Source: Nostoc sp. DedSLP01 (lineage in GTDB: Bacteria > Cyanobacteriota > Cyanobacteriia > Cyanobacteriales > Nostocaceae). From it: a DNA stretch of 64,000 nt. Position numbers and translations under genes: made by a program. Below, piece by piece: positions 20,165-30,451 of this stretch. The stretch spans positions 192,001 through 256,000 of the forward strand of contig JAVRCJ020000006.1 of the NCBI GenBank assembly GCA_034530875.2, read 5' to 3'. The notes below the pieces were generated by a model. It did no database searches and was not told the origin of the DNA. It was given only the letters and a program-made list of their open reading frames with translations. Within the stretch, counting starts at the first letter, position 1. Every line of letters starts with the position of its first letter.

Positions 20165-20290
20165 AAATGACGCTCTCTACGAGACGCTGCGCGAACGCGG
20201 ACTCGCTCTAAGCGTACCCCTACGGGGAAGCAAGCTACGCGTAGCGTCTCGTAGAGAAGCCATGCGGAAGGCTTTACGCTGCGCTAACAA
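20165..20290. repeat. Cluster of nested small dispersed repeats
   Basis: CTCTCTACGAGACGCT...GCGTAGCGTCTCGTAGAGAAG, CCCCTACGGGG and other GC-rich short palindromes in AT-rich DNA. Confidence 0.7.
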
Positions 20291-20552
20291 AATTAGGAAA
20301 CCTAGAGGTGAAAAAGGTTTTTGAGTTTCGATGTGTTACTGAATTTTGGAGAATTGATATAAAAAGGTAAAAGTAAAAAGGTATAGCAGGGAACAGGCAA
20401 TAAGGTTTCAAGTCTATTGCTGTTGGGGTTTCACGATCGCTTTATGTCCTAAACTATGCTTCAACTGCTGTAAAACAAAGATAGAGTCACTTTTTACTTT
20501 TACCTTTTGCCTTTTGCCTTTTGCTTTGTACCTTTTACCTTTTGCCTTTGTT

Positions 20553-21254
20553 ATGGCTGTAATTCGCTTAATTTTATTAGTGGCGGTACTGGGAGGGCTA
20601 ACACTTTTGTTAATTCAAAATTGGTCGCCTCCCCTATCGCTAGTATTTTTAGGTCTGCGGAGTCAACCATTACCGCTAGCAATGTGGGTTTTATTTAGTA
20701 CCGTCAGTGGTGCTTTTACATCTATATTGATTGCTACGTTGTTTAAATTATCTAATTATTTTGCGGCAGGACAACGCCCAACTCCCGGCAGAACCACAGC
20801 AACTTCACCTCGTAGCAAGGCAAATCGTAGAGAAGAACCTACATTTACATCTACTCGTCCGAGTCCTCCACCACCAGCTAATAAAAAAGAAGAACCTAGC
20901 AACGAAGTCTTTGATGATTGGGAGACAAATAGTAGTGGAGATGATTGGGACTTTGATGAACAGCCAGAACCAGCACCTACGCCTAATTCGCAAACTCAAC
21001 AGTCTAGGGAATCTAAAAGTTACGAACGTCAATCGCAACCTAAAAGCAGTTCTGGATCTGGTTCAGTTTATTCCTACAGTTACCGAGAACCTAAAAATAC
21101 GGCGGCGGGAAAAACTGAATCTATTTATGATGCTGATTACCGAGTAATTATTCCCCCTTATCAGCCACCGACTACCAATCAAGCAGATGATGAGGATGAT
21201 TGGGAATTTTTAGATGATGATTTTGAAGGTGGCGATCGCCCCTCCCGTCGGTGA
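20553..21254 (+). CDS. LapA/DUF1049-like membrane protein with acidic disordered C-terminus
   Basis: ATG 20553; TM-QN-spacer-TM pattern (IQNWSPPLSLVFLG..LPLA); DDW repeats; IYDADYRVI. Confidence 0.7.
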   Translation: MAVIRLILLVAVLGGLTLLLIQNWSPPLSLVFLGLRSQPLPLAMWVLFSTVSGAFTSILIATLFKLSNYFAAGQRPTPGRTTATSPRSKANRREEPTFTSTRPSPPPPANKKEEPSNEVFDDWETNSSGDDWDFDEQPEPAPTPNSQTQQSRESKSYERQSQPKSSSGSGSVYSYSYREPKNTAAGKTESIYDADYRVIIPPYQPPTTNQADDEDDWEFLDDDFEGGDRPSRR

Positions 21255-21273
21255 GACGCATTAGGCTACTTTT

Positions 21274-21468
21274 CTACTTGATACCACACCTTTCTCTGGA
21301 CTCTTGCTTGACTTTGCCAGTCATAGCTGCTTCCTGCAAAGTCATAAAAGCATTAAAATCTTCCAAGTCATAACGGGTAGTCAACAGTTGTCGGAGTCGA
21401 TCTTCAGCTTCCACTGTCAAATAGCCAGTTGCTAAAGCTTTTTGTACAACATCACGAATTCGAGTCAT
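21274..21468 (-). CDS. Small conserved cyanobacterial hypothetical protein
   Basis: MTRIRDVVQKALATGYLTVEAE..LQEAAMTGKVKQESRE; upstream ATG at 21489 is an alternative start. Confidence 0.7.
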   Translation of the reverse strand: MTRIRDVVQKALATGYLTVEAEDRLRQLLTTRYDLEDFNAFMTLQEAAMTGKVKQESRERCGIK

Positions 21469-22200
21469 AGTTGACGCCTCATTCATCCTACTATTCATTA
21501 ATTCAGGCTTATTCAAGTGAAATATGCGGTAGTTTTTGTGTCGAAACTTCCTATTTGCAAATATTTTTTGGATTGCTTTCGTTAAAGAGTCATTATTTAT
21601 ACCTTTTTTAATAGAAAAATTTAATGGAGCTTGTGATAACTGAATTAGTATAGAAATTACATTGTGACGTTAGAAACACAGTATTTAGTATACTTAAAAT
21701 TCCTCATCAGAGAAAAAACCAGATACTTAAGTAGACACAAATCCTTTCGATAAAGTTTCAGAAAAGTTATATTAAATTTTCGTTAAGGCTAAGCATAGCG
21801 ATAGAAAATTTGTTAATTCAGTTAAGGAAAGTTACTATCTGCGCGATTGATGTATGTTTATTTATGCTGAATCATCCTTTATCTGCTAACTAAGTTATTT
21901 TAAATACATCAATTTTCCTTGCTCTCAATTGAAATTATCGATAAAGGCATTATGCTTTAATTTGATGTAATGCCCTATGTGAAAGTGCGATCGCCTTGAC
22001 TATTCATCTTGTAAGTAGTCAGTTTCGTTGTAGTGAATGAAACAGTGCGATCGCAATTTTACATTTAAATTTAGTTGATTAGCGATCGCTTTGTGACTAC
22101 CTAAAGTGCAATGCTTTGCTATGAATTGTCTACAAATAAGTGCGTTGGCGCTATAATTTGGGGCTGTGATTCAGAACTCATAATTGGAGCGAAGCAACTG

Positions 22201-22749
22201 GTGAGCAGTTTATTACAAGGAGTCAACCTCTACTTAATTGGGATGATGGGTGTTGGAAAGACCACAGTGGGGCGCTTACTCGCACAGCAATTGGGCTATG
22301 GATTTGTAGATACTGATGATGTTATTGCTAAAGCAGCAGGTAAATCCATCAATCAGATTTTTTCCCAGGAAGGAGAAGCAACATTTCGTCAGTTAGAAAG
22401 CGATGTGCTGTCACAGGTTTGTGCTTTTACAAAATTAGCGATCGCAACTGGTGGCGGTATTGTATTGCGGCGAGAAAATTGGAGTTACTTACACCACGGT
22501 TTGATAGTGTGGCTAGATGCACCAGTGGAGTTGATTTACAGCCGTTTAGCTGAGGATACTACAAGACCCCTGCTGCAAGATGTCGATGCTCAAGAAAAGT
22601 TGCGATCGCTTCTCGAACAACGCCAAGGACTATATTCACAAGCCGATTTAAGAATCACCATCAGTGAGGGAGAAACGCCAGAACAAATTGCTACGCGAGT
22701 ACTTGATGCAATTCCTAGCGTTCTGAAAAAACCTGTTTCTCATTCATAA
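22201..22749 (+). CDS. aroK: Shikimate kinase
   Basis: GTG start with GGAG SD; GMMGVGKTT P-loop, DTD, GEATFR, ATGGG, RPLL. Confidence 0.95.
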   Translation: MSSLLQGVNLYLIGMMGVGKTTVGRLLAQQLGYGFVDTDDVIAKAAGKSINQIFSQEGEATFRQLESDVLSQVCAFTKLAIATGGGIVLRRENWSYLHHGLIVWLDAPVELIYSRLAEDTTRPLLQDVDAQEKLRSLLEQRQGLYSQADLRITISEGETPEQIATRVLDAIPSVLKKPVSHS

Positions 22750-22839
22750 GAAAAACGTACTAACAGATTATTAAGTGTAATTGCGGAATTATAGAATTAT
22801 TGCAATAATTTTCGCAAATCTCGCTGAATCAAAAACCCT

Positions 22840-22945
22840 ATGCTTTAGATATCTAGGCAGCAGTTGCAGGGCGGTAAGTATGTAATTAAACAGTTACTTG
22901 GACAAGATGGATTGCGATCGCCACTTAACTTTCAAGACAATCGCC
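22840..22945 (+). pseudogene. Remnant N-terminus of a Pkn2-type Ser/Thr protein kinase
   Basis: Frame from ATG 22840 reads ML*ISRQQLQGGKYVIKQLLGQDG, then degenerates; resembles cyanobacterial kinase starts (GQQLQGGKY..LG.GGF). Confidence 0.55.
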
Positions 22946-22950
22946 ACTGT

Positions 22951-23214
22951 TTACTCGTAATGCGTCCACATCCGAATTATCTTAATTACTTGCTCAGATT
23001 CGATGACCTCATAGACTAATCGATGCTGTATATTAATCCTGCGAGAATAAGCACCTGATAAATCACCAACTAATTTTTCAAAAGGTGGAGGGTTTTGAAA
23101 CGGATTTTCTGCAATAACAGTGAGTAATTCCTCGGCTTTATCCTTCAAATTACTAGAAGCTAACTTCTTCGCATCTCTTTGCGCTTGTTTTGTGTAAACC
23201 AACTGCCAACTCAC
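22951..23214 (-). CDS. yoeB: Txe/YoeB family toxin
   Basis: GTG start overlapping antitoxin stop (GTGA); PPPFEKLVGDLSGAYSRRINIQHRLVY, MWTHYE. Confidence 0.92.
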   Translation of the reverse strand: MSWQLVYTKQAQRDAKKLASSNLKDKAEELLTVIAENPFQNPPPFEKLVGDLSGAYSRRINIQHRLVYEVIESEQVIKIIRMWTHYE

Positions 23215-23456
23215 CAATTCAAATCCCGATCGCAATCTTCAATAGCAGTAGCCAATCCTTCTTTAATAGATTCTCGCATTCCAGGGATAGATAATAAGTA
23301 CAGAGTTTCCTGAATAGCAGACCAGTCTTTTTCAGCTAGCAGAATTGCATTCCCACGATTTCCTTCAATAATAATAGGTTTACCCTGCTCTGCTACTTGG
23401 TCAATGAGCTTTTGTAAATTATTTTGAGCATCATTTACGGGAAGCGAAGACATCAT
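23211..23456 (-). CDS. yefM: Phd/YefM family antitoxin
   Basis: AQNNLQKLIDQV, DWSAIQETLYLLSIPGMRESI; directly upstream of toxin. Confidence 0.9.
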   Translation of the reverse strand: MMSSLPVNDAQNNLQKLIDQVAEQGKPIIIEGNRGNAILLAEKDWSAIQETLYLLSIPGMRESIKEGLATAIEDCDRDLNW

Positions 23457-23542
23457 AATTTTTATAACTCACAATAACTTTACTCTAGCTTATAAGATTG
23501 GCGCTTTCTCTTACCACAAGAATTATTTAATACAAATCCTAC

Positions 23543-24952
23543 TTATTTATTATTAAGAGGAACAAAATCATACCCAGTAGAAGATTTACTACTCGGCTGC
23601 ACCTTGACTAATATTGCTGTGCCATTGCGATCGCCTGATGGTAAAAATTCGATTTTACCTGTGGCGCCATAAGCTGAAAAACTTGGACTATGCAACACCT
23701 TTTCCAAGCCATCGCGGTTTTTGCTTTGCTGCAAACCTTTAGCGATGGCTATAGTTGCATCATAAGCCGTAGCAGTTCGCCAATTAACAGTTCCACCCCA
23801 AAGTTTCACAGCATTTTGAGAAAAGTCATTACCTGGAATTGCGTTAGGATGCCAAGTTACAGACAATACCATGCCATTCACATCTGCTTTTCCTACCTGT
23901 AAAGTTTGAAATGTGTAAAGCGTAGGACTAGCAAACAGCGTTAATTTCCCTTGATTTGCTGCTGCTAATTCCAAGGCTTTGTTAATTCTATCTACATGAG
24001 GCGCTAACACTAAACTATCTGCACCACTACTAATAAATTGAGAAATAACTGCATTGGGATTAAAATCGGCAGCAAAAAGATCGCAATTTGTCAGATTAAC
24101 TTTGCCACCTGCGGCTAATATGCCTTTAACAAGCTCATCTTTAAACGATTGATTATCAATAGCTTTGGAATCAGCACAAATGCCAACATTAGTTTTGCGA
24201 GCTGTTTTGACGATATGAGTAGCAAGACGGTCAGCAACAGAGTTAATACTGGGAATAGTGCGGAATATATAACTGCCAATACCAGAGAGGTTTTGAGCGA
24301 AACTGGTGGGAGAAATCATAACTAAACCTCCCTGTTGATAGACTGGAGCAGCGGCAATGGAAGCATTACTAGCGTTATGTCCTACTACAGCTAGAATGCT
24401 GGAATCTTTAACAAACTGCGTTGCCACCTGTTGAGCTAAACTAGGGTCGTTGTCATCGCTGGCGATCGCTACCTGCAAAAGCTTACCATTAATGCCCTCA
24501 GTCCGATTAATCCGATCTTGAGCTTGAGCCACACCCCGCAAAATTTCTTTTGCAACATCTAGATTGCCACCAATCGGCACGCTAACTGCGATTTTGAGAT
24601 ATTTACTATTGTCTCCTTGGGAATTATTTAAATAAATTAACGTCTCTGGATCGTTGCGGTCTTTAAGTAGAGACGCTTTAAAACTATTGGCAGCACTCAC
24701 AAAATCGCCCTTAGCAAAAGCTTGTACTCCTGCTTCTTTATCAGGGTTAGTATTAGCAGTAACTAAAATTTTCTCACCTAAACTAATTCGTTCTGATATT
24801 GAATTTGTATTTACTTGACCTTTATTCTCTTCTTGTAAAGAAATAATACTTTTTCCAAAAAACTGATTCCACAACCAAAAGCCAAAGCCCAGTAAAAAGA
24901 TTGTGGACAGCAAAGACAAAATAAGAAGTTTAATTTCCTTCTGGGAATTCAT
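23543..24952 (-). CDS. Membrane-anchored LivJ-like (type I periplasmic binding fold) ligand-binding protein
   Basis: N-terminal TM, TPR-like NDPETLIYLNN, GINGKLL, VVGHNAS, ISPTS, YIFRTIPS, AYDA. Confidence 0.8.
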   Translation of the reverse strand: MNSQKEIKLLILSLLSTIFLLGFGFWLWNQFFGKSIISLQEENKGQVNTNSISERISLGEKILVTANTNPDKEAGVQAFAKGDFVSAANSFKASLLKDRNDPETLIYLNNSQGDNSKYLKIAVSVPIGGNLDVAKEILRGVAQAQDRINRTEGINGKLLQVAIASDDNDPSLAQQVATQFVKDSSILAVVGHNASNASIAAAPVYQQGGLVMISPTSFAQNLSGIGSYIFRTIPSINSVADRLATHIVKTARKTNVGICADSKAIDNQSFKDELVKGILAAGGKVNLTNCDLFAADFNPNAVISQFISSGADSLVLAPHVDRINKALELAAANQGKLTLFASPTLYTFQTLQVGKADVNGMVLSVTWHPNAIPGNDFSQNAVKLWGGTVNWRTATAYDATIAIAKGLQQSKNRDGLEKVLHSPSFSAYGATGKIEFLPSGDRNGTAILVKVQPSSKSSTGYDFVPLNNK

Positions 24953-24996
24953 AGTTTAGTTAACAATAGTAGTCGCCAGATGTGGCACTGAAGTGA

Positions 24997-25170
24997 ATGA
25001 ATGGGGAGATGGGGAGATGGGGAGGGGAGCAGAGGGGCAGAGGAGGCAGGGGGGGAGCAGGGGAGAGATGGGGGAGTGTGGGGAGTGTGGGGAGAGAGGG
25101 GGGAAAGATTTCTTCCCCATCCTCCCACACCTCCCACACCTGCCACACCTGCTGTTTGCCCAATGCCCCT
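24997..25170. repeat. G-rich/C-rich modular hairpin repeat
   Basis: GGGGAGAT and GGGGAGTGT units followed by CCCACACCT units. Confidence 0.8.
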
Positions 25171-25243
25171 TACCTTATTGTTACAGGCTCCAAAGTCTTC
25201 TACACTGACTGAAATAGGTTTTAATTTTCAATGGCGGCTCCTC

Positions 25244-26140
25244 ATGACGGTTAATGATACTGAGTACATCAGGCAAGCTGAAGCCACTCGGGTGCAAGTG
25301 CTAAGCGAAGCACTACCTTACATTCAACAATTCACAGGTCGCACTGTTGTTGTTAAATATGGTGGCGCGGCGATGAAAGATAGCAAACTTAAAGATCAAG
25401 TCATCCGCGATATCGTATTTTTATCTTGTGTTGGCTTGCGGCCAATTCTAGTCCACGGTGGCGGGCCAGAAATTAATAGTTGGTTAGACAAATTGGGAAT
25501 CGAACCCCAATTTAAGAATGGTCTGCGAGTTACCGATGCCCCCACAATGGATGTGGTGGAAATGGTTTTAGTAGGTCGAGTCAATAAAGAAATTGTGGCG
25601 CTGATTAACCAAGCTGGAGGCTTGGCTGTAGGGCTTTGTGGTAAGGATGGTAATCTGATTACAGCTCGTCCCCAAGGTCAAGAAGGTATCGGTTTTGTCG
25701 GGGAAGTTAGCAATGTAGATATTAAAATTTTAGATACCCTGGCTAGTAATGGCTATATTCCAGTAGTATCCAGCGTCGCCGCAGACGAAACAGGACAAGC
25801 CTACAACATTAACGCCGATACTATAGCTGGCGAAATTGCCGCAGCGCTTGGAGCAGAAAAGTTAATTTTATTAACTGACACCAGAGGTATTTTAAAAGAT
25901 TACAAAGACCCGTCAACCTTAATTCCTAAAATAGATATTCGTGAAGCTCGAGAGTTGATTGCTACTGGTATAGTCAGCGGTGGTATGATTCCCAAAGTCA
26001 ATTGTTGCGTGCGATCGCTTGCTCAAGGAGTCCGCGCCGCACACATCATCGATGGACGCATTCCCCACGCTCTACTATTAGAAATTTTTACTGACGTTGG
26101 GATCGGCACAATGATTCTCGGCTCACAGTTTACATTGTAG
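25244..26140 (+). CDS. argB: Acetylglutamate kinase
   Basis: ATG 25244; [33 protein letters not shown]. Confidence 0.97.
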   Translation: MTVNDTEYIRQAEATRVQVLSEALPYIQQFTGRTVVVKYGGAAMKDSKLKDQVIRDIVFLSCVGLRPILVHGGGPEINSWLDKLGIEPQFKNGLRVTDAPTMDVVEMVLVGRVNKEIVALINQAGGLAVGLCGKDGNLITARPQGQEGIGFVGEVSNVDIKILDTLASNGYIPVVSSVAADETGQAYNINADTIAGEIAAALGAEKLILLTDTRGILKDYKDPSTLIPKIDIREARELIATGIVSGGMIPKVNCCVRSLAQGVRAAHIIDGRIPHALLLEIFTDVGIGTMILGSQFTL

Positions 26141-26142
26141 AA

Positions 26143-26258
26143 GGGCATGGGGCAAGCAGGAGGTGTTGGAGGTGTGGGAAGAGAGGGGGGCATAAATTCT
26201 CTTTCTCCCCACACTCCCTTGTCTCCCCTGCCTCCTCTGCCCCTCTGCCTACTCACCC
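26143..26258. repeat. G-rich/C-rich modular hairpin repeat between convergent genes
   Basis: Core GGGGGCATAAATTCT.TTTCTCCCCACACTCCC shared with 7628-7670. Confidence 0.8.
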
Positions 26259-26259
26259 T

Positions 26260-26670
26260 CTACCGGGGATAAGTAATAATAACTCGCGATCGCCCGCCGC
26301 TAAATGGTGTACGGCGCCATGAGTTATTGATAATCACCGGATTAACTAGCGTTGAGTCGCGAATTGTGGGATTAATCAAAGTTGGATTAATCAAGGTGGA
26401 ATTTCTCACCCGATGTCTGACCCCAGGATAAGAATAATTGTTGTAATAATCAATGCGTTGTGGTGTTAATCCTGTTGCTGGATTTACAGGCATGGGTGTG
26501 AGAATCGGACTACCATAAATGAACGAACCAACAGCAGGCGCTTGGTTAAATCCAGAAGCACCATCAATTACAATTACTTGGGCGGATGCTGGGGCAATGG
26601 TAGCGCTCATCATTGCTAGAGATATGCCTGCTCCTAGCAAATACAAGTCTGATTGCTTGATTTTCAGCAT
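26260..26670 (-). CDS. Hypothetical secreted protein with short TLINP repeats
   Basis: Signal peptide ending APASA; NSTLINPTLINPTIRDSTLVNPVIIN. Confidence 0.7.
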   Translation of the reverse strand: MLKIKQSDLYLLGAGISLAMMSATIAPASAQVIVIDGASGFNQAPAVGSFIYGSPILTPMPVNPATGLTPQRIDYYNNYSYPGVRHRVRNSTLINPTLINPTIRDSTLVNPVIINNSWRRTPFSGGRSRVIITYPR

Positions 26671-26839
26671 ATTTTGATAACCTGAATTTGATACCGGAAT
26701 TTTTAAGCGAAAAATAGCCGCAGCTACATAATTAAAATTTTAGAAGTCGATCTAATTCCAGGTTGCTAGCTTCTGAGAAGATTTTAAAAAGATTCCTGAA
26801 ATTGGCAAAATAAAAATAGTGGTAATTTGTGTGTAGAAC

Positions 26840-27382
26840 GTGAGTGCAGATAGTATAGAAATTGCTAAAGCCCGCTACCAGACTGGAAAGGTTGCCTTTG
26901 AAAATGGGCAATACCGCGAAGCTATAGAAAATTTAGAAAAAGCAAGCGCCTTGTTAGCTCGCAATTCTCGTCTTGGGGGTGAAGTCGAAATTACTCTAGT
27001 GACTGCTTATGAAGCAGCGGGACGTACTGATGATGCGATCGCTCTTTGCGAAAGACTCAAACGCCACCCGCATTCTGAGATTGGCAAACAAGCACGACGG
27101 ATGGTTTACATCTTAAAAGCACCAAAACTCAAAAGACCAAGCGAGTGGATGACTGAAATTCCCGATTTAGGCGCACTACCAGATAACGAACTCAAAATTA
27201 CTGTAGCTGCTAAATCTCCTAAATCTTCTGTCGAACAGAAGCCTAAACCGATTGAGCGAGAATTCGTTGACCTCAGTCAAGTCAATACCAAAGATAATCG
27301 CTTTATCTGGGTGGCATTCATTGCCATTGGTTTTACAATTTTATATTTGATTTGGTTGAATCTTTCCGGAGCACCTGTTTGA
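26840..27382 (+). CDS. TPR-containing protein with C-terminal TM anchor
   Basis: GKVAFENGQYREAIENLEKA; ILKAPKLKRPSEW; C-terminal hydrophobic helix. Confidence 0.8.
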   Translation: MSADSIEIAKARYQTGKVAFENGQYREAIENLEKASALLARNSRLGGEVEITLVTAYEAAGRTDDAIALCERLKRHPHSEIGKQARRMVYILKAPKLKRPSEWMTEIPDLGALPDNELKITVAAKSPKSSVEQKPKPIEREFVDLSQVNTKDNRFIWVAFIAIGFTILYLIWLNLSGAPV

Positions 27383-27489
27383 TGGCCCGATCGCAAGTAG
27401 CTTTTCTTGGAAGCGAATTTTATACTTTTTGATTGTTTATAAACCTCATGCCCGCAAAGGCAGATAAGTTTATCAATCAAGTCTGACTG

Positions 27490-28614
27490 CTATAGACAAT
27501 GATGGTATACGTCAGCTGTCATTTTTGCAATGTAGCTCCAATTATACTGTTGAGCTAGCTCAAAATTGTGTTTTCCCATAAATAATAACTCATCCCGCTT
27601 TTCTAAAGCAGAATTAATTGCTTTTTTTAAGCCATTTTCATCATCTATCTGATATAAAAATGCTCCTCCCTCGTCAAGCACTTCTCCAATACAACCTTTG
27701 CGTGGTGCGATGCACGCTCTACCGAATGACATTGCCAAAATTACTGCGCCTGATGTCAAAATATCTCGGTATGGAAATATAACTATATCGGAGGCATTCA
27801 TATAGACTTGAACTTGTTCGTCTGGAACAAAGCCTGGAAAAAACTTGATTTTTGGATTGTTAGTAATCTTTTGTCTGAGCGTATCCGTTATTTCTTCGCT
27901 ATCGTCGTGAACTCTACCAGCAATAACTAGTTGAACATCATCACTATTGTTAGTGTATAGCTGATTAAATGTATCTATAAGTTCAAATACTCCTTTGTAG
28001 GCACGAATCGTACCAAGGAAGAGAATAACAAGACTAGAATTTTTTAAACTTAACTTTTCTCGGGCAGTTGCTCGATCGATTTTATTTTCGTAACACTCTA
28101 TATAATTTCCATGTGGAACAACAAATATTTTTTCTTTGTTATTGATGGAAAATTCTTTAATAATTTCTTCTTTAGCTGCTTGACAATGAGCAATAATAGC
28201 GTTAGCTAATCTAGATACAACAATACTATAAACTCGATCTAAAATTAAATTTTTATTTTCATGATTTTTAATATTATGTACAGTCCAAATAATTTTTATT
28301 CCAAGGATTTTTATAAAAATTAGCTCAAATGTTATTATTAAAAATTTAATAAAATTAACTAAATGATTCGTAGAACGTCCAAAAAATGGATGTAACCAAT
28401 GTAGATGCACTACATTTGCCTTTTCTGGAAAAAGTACTGTGGGTAAAAAGAATGTTCTGGAATATGTGTTGGGAATGATTAATTGAATATCTACTTTTTG
28501 AAGATTGGCGATTAGCTGTGTTATGTAAGGGTTATTATCAATTACTTTAGGTAAAAAAATAGATTTTATATGTTTTGTTTTTGAAGCTACTTTAATCGGT
28601 TCTGTTAGTGTCAT
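27490..28614 (-). CDS. Glycosyltransferase family 4
   Basis: NPY, HLHW, WTVHN, PHGNY, GTIRAYKG, PYRDILTSG. Confidence 0.9.
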   Translation of the reverse strand: MTLTEPIKVASKTKHIKSIFLPKVIDNNPYITQLIANLQKVDIQLIIPNTYSRTFFLPTVLFPEKANVVHLHWLHPFFGRSTNHLVNFIKFLIITFELIFIKILGIKIIWTVHNIKNHENKNLILDRVYSIVVSRLANAIIAHCQAAKEEIIKEFSINNKEKIFVVPHGNYIECYENKIDRATAREKLSLKNSSLVILFLGTIRAYKGVFELIDTFNQLYTNNSDDVQLVIAGRVHDDSEEITDTLRQKITNNPKIKFFPGFVPDEQVQVYMNASDIVIFPYRDILTSGAVILAMSFGRACIAPRKGCIGEVLDEGGAFLYQIDDENGLKKAINSALEKRDELLFMGKHNFELAQQYNWSYIAKMTADVYHHCL

Positions 28615-28777
28615 AATGATTTGAGTTTGTTAAACTTTATATCAACATCAGACCTAACGGCTCAAACTGTGCAGTTTGTTCCGTTCATAATGACAATTTT
28701 ATACTTTATTTTGGCTGGGAAATAAAATATCCTTTTGAATCGAGTTAATGAAAATTGTCAGCTTTTAAAACTTATTA

Positions 28778-28896
28778 TTTTTGGATGAGACTGGTAGCAC
28801 AGCAGGGTGGGAATAAACATACGATTTGAAATGTCTAAAACCCTTATGCAACAGTCATTACGAATTACGCGAAGCGGTACCAGCCTCATCCAAAAA
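28778..28896. mobile_element. MITE-like element with 19-bp terminal inverted repeats
   Basis: TTTTTGGATGAGACTGGTA ... TACCAGCCTCATCCAAAAA (1 mismatch). Confidence 0.7.
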
Positions 28897-28905
28897 TTTG
28901 GTTTT

Positions 28906-30135
28906 TTATTTTAAAACCTTCAAAATCATATCGAAGTTAGCGGCTGCTTGTTGCTTAACTCTTGGTAAAACTTCATTTAGTTGATTAGCAACTTCGTGAC
29001 GTTTATTCCAAGAGTTAACTATGGCTTCACATGCTAACTCAGGATTGAGAAATTGTTGAATAGAAATCAATAGTCCATTATTATGCAGTGTTTCGGAACC
29101 GAAAAGATCGGTCATAATTCCTTCTGCTTTAACTGAATAACCAACTGGCATAGTACAGACACCGCTGGAAAGACCAGCGATCGCTGGATGCATTCTTTCA
29201 GCTACAACCATATCGCAAGCTCCAATTAAGCCTTTGAACTCTGATGCAGTCAGATCTGCACCTGCAAGCCGAACATCTAAATTATAGTCAAGGGCTTGTA
29301 ACAATTGTGTGGCAAAGATGCGATCGTCGTTATTCGCGTTGATTTCCTGAACGTGAGGAATAATCAAGACCTGCGCCTTAAATTCGTTAATCATCAGCTT
29401 GACTACTTGACACCAGACATTGATATGGTCGTCGTAATCTTGAGCAGCATAACGGCAAATCGCCTGACTAGGTGCGATCGCTATTTTAGGTCTATCTGGG
29501 TCAATACCGTAGTTTCTAAGAATTTTACCTACAATTTCTGGCGATGGTGGTCTCAACAAAAAAGCTGGATCGGCAGTGTGTTTGACTAGGGAAGGATCTA
29601 AGCCTAAATCTTTGGTCACATATTTGTAGGAAAGTTGTTCCCGAACCGTAACTAACTGAGAACGACGAGCAACTTTCAACCAAGATTCTATTTCATTCTG
29701 AGTTTTGAATGGCCCAATTGATTGAGCGAGAAAAACAACGGGTACACCAGCATCCAGTGCGATATTTAATGGTAATAAGTGCCGATTTAGCCTTCCATAA
29801 TCAGAACTGAATACATCTCCTCCTGAAGCAATTACAATTGATGCTTCACCAATGGCTTTTACATTGGATTGGTAATCTTGTGATAAAGGCTTATAAAACT
29901 GAGAAACAATATTACGTAATTTGTGTAGCTTTGTTCTATTAGCATTTTTCAGCCAATCTTTAATTGCCTTGGAACCAAAAGCTTTTAGCCGAATGTCGTC
30001 ATAGTCTGGTGAATCTGTCAAAACATCTATACCTAAATTAGGCTGACGTTCTAGTAACTGTTGGATGGTAGGGATAACTAATGCTTCAACACCCCTATTA
30101 CGTAATCCAGTAACTCCGGTAATAATTGCCTTCAT
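28906..30135 (-). CDS. Polysaccharide pyruvyl transferase (WcaK-like)
   Basis: NRGVEAL, SGGDVFSSDY, AQSIGPF, VREQLS, ADPAFLL, RMH, YSVK. Confidence 0.9.
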   Translation of the reverse strand: MKAIITGVTGLRNRGVEALVIPTIQQLLERQPNLGIDVLTDSPDYDDIRLKAFGSKAIKDWLKNANRTKLHKLRNIVSQFYKPLSQDYQSNVKAIGEASIVIASGGDVFSSDYGRLNRHLLPLNIALDAGVPVVFLAQSIGPFKTQNEIESWLKVARRSQLVTVREQLSYKYVTKDLGLDPSLVKHTADPAFLLRPPSPEIVGKILRNYGIDPDRPKIAIAPSQAICRYAAQDYDDHINVWCQVVKLMINEFKAQVLIIPHVQEINANNDDRIFATQLLQALDYNLDVRLAGADLTASEFKGLIGACDMVVAERMHPAIAGLSSGVCTMPVGYSVKAEGIMTDLFGSETLHNNGLLISIQQFLNPELACEAIVNSWNKRHEVANQLNEVLPRVKQQAAANFDMILKVLK

Positions 30136-30451
30136 GATGATTTCTATCCTTTGATTTTTTTATATTCAAGATAAAGCGTTGCAATTCAGATGTAATAATT
30201 AGTGTTTTGTTTACTAAATTACCATTTATTTTGACATATAAAGCGAATATTAATGAAACGGTGAATATTTTTTATTTGAAAGATAAACAATATCGAAAAT
30301 TTTCTAGACATTGAAAGCTTCGGCTGCTAAATTTCTTCTATCAAAGTAGAATTTTTGGGGTGGTATTTGGTAGCTATAATTGGGAGATTTAAAGTAACTC
30401 AAAGAAGAACCGAGTGTAGCCGCATACTAATCATCAAGCCTAAAGTACGAA

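Noticed and set aside
24949..25243. Several short ORFs and the long N-terminal extension of argB
   Set aside because: They are translations of the G/C-rich repeat; ArgB similarity starts at ATG 25244. The same applies to repeat-derived ORFs near 26023, 35449, 35538, 39427 and 51955
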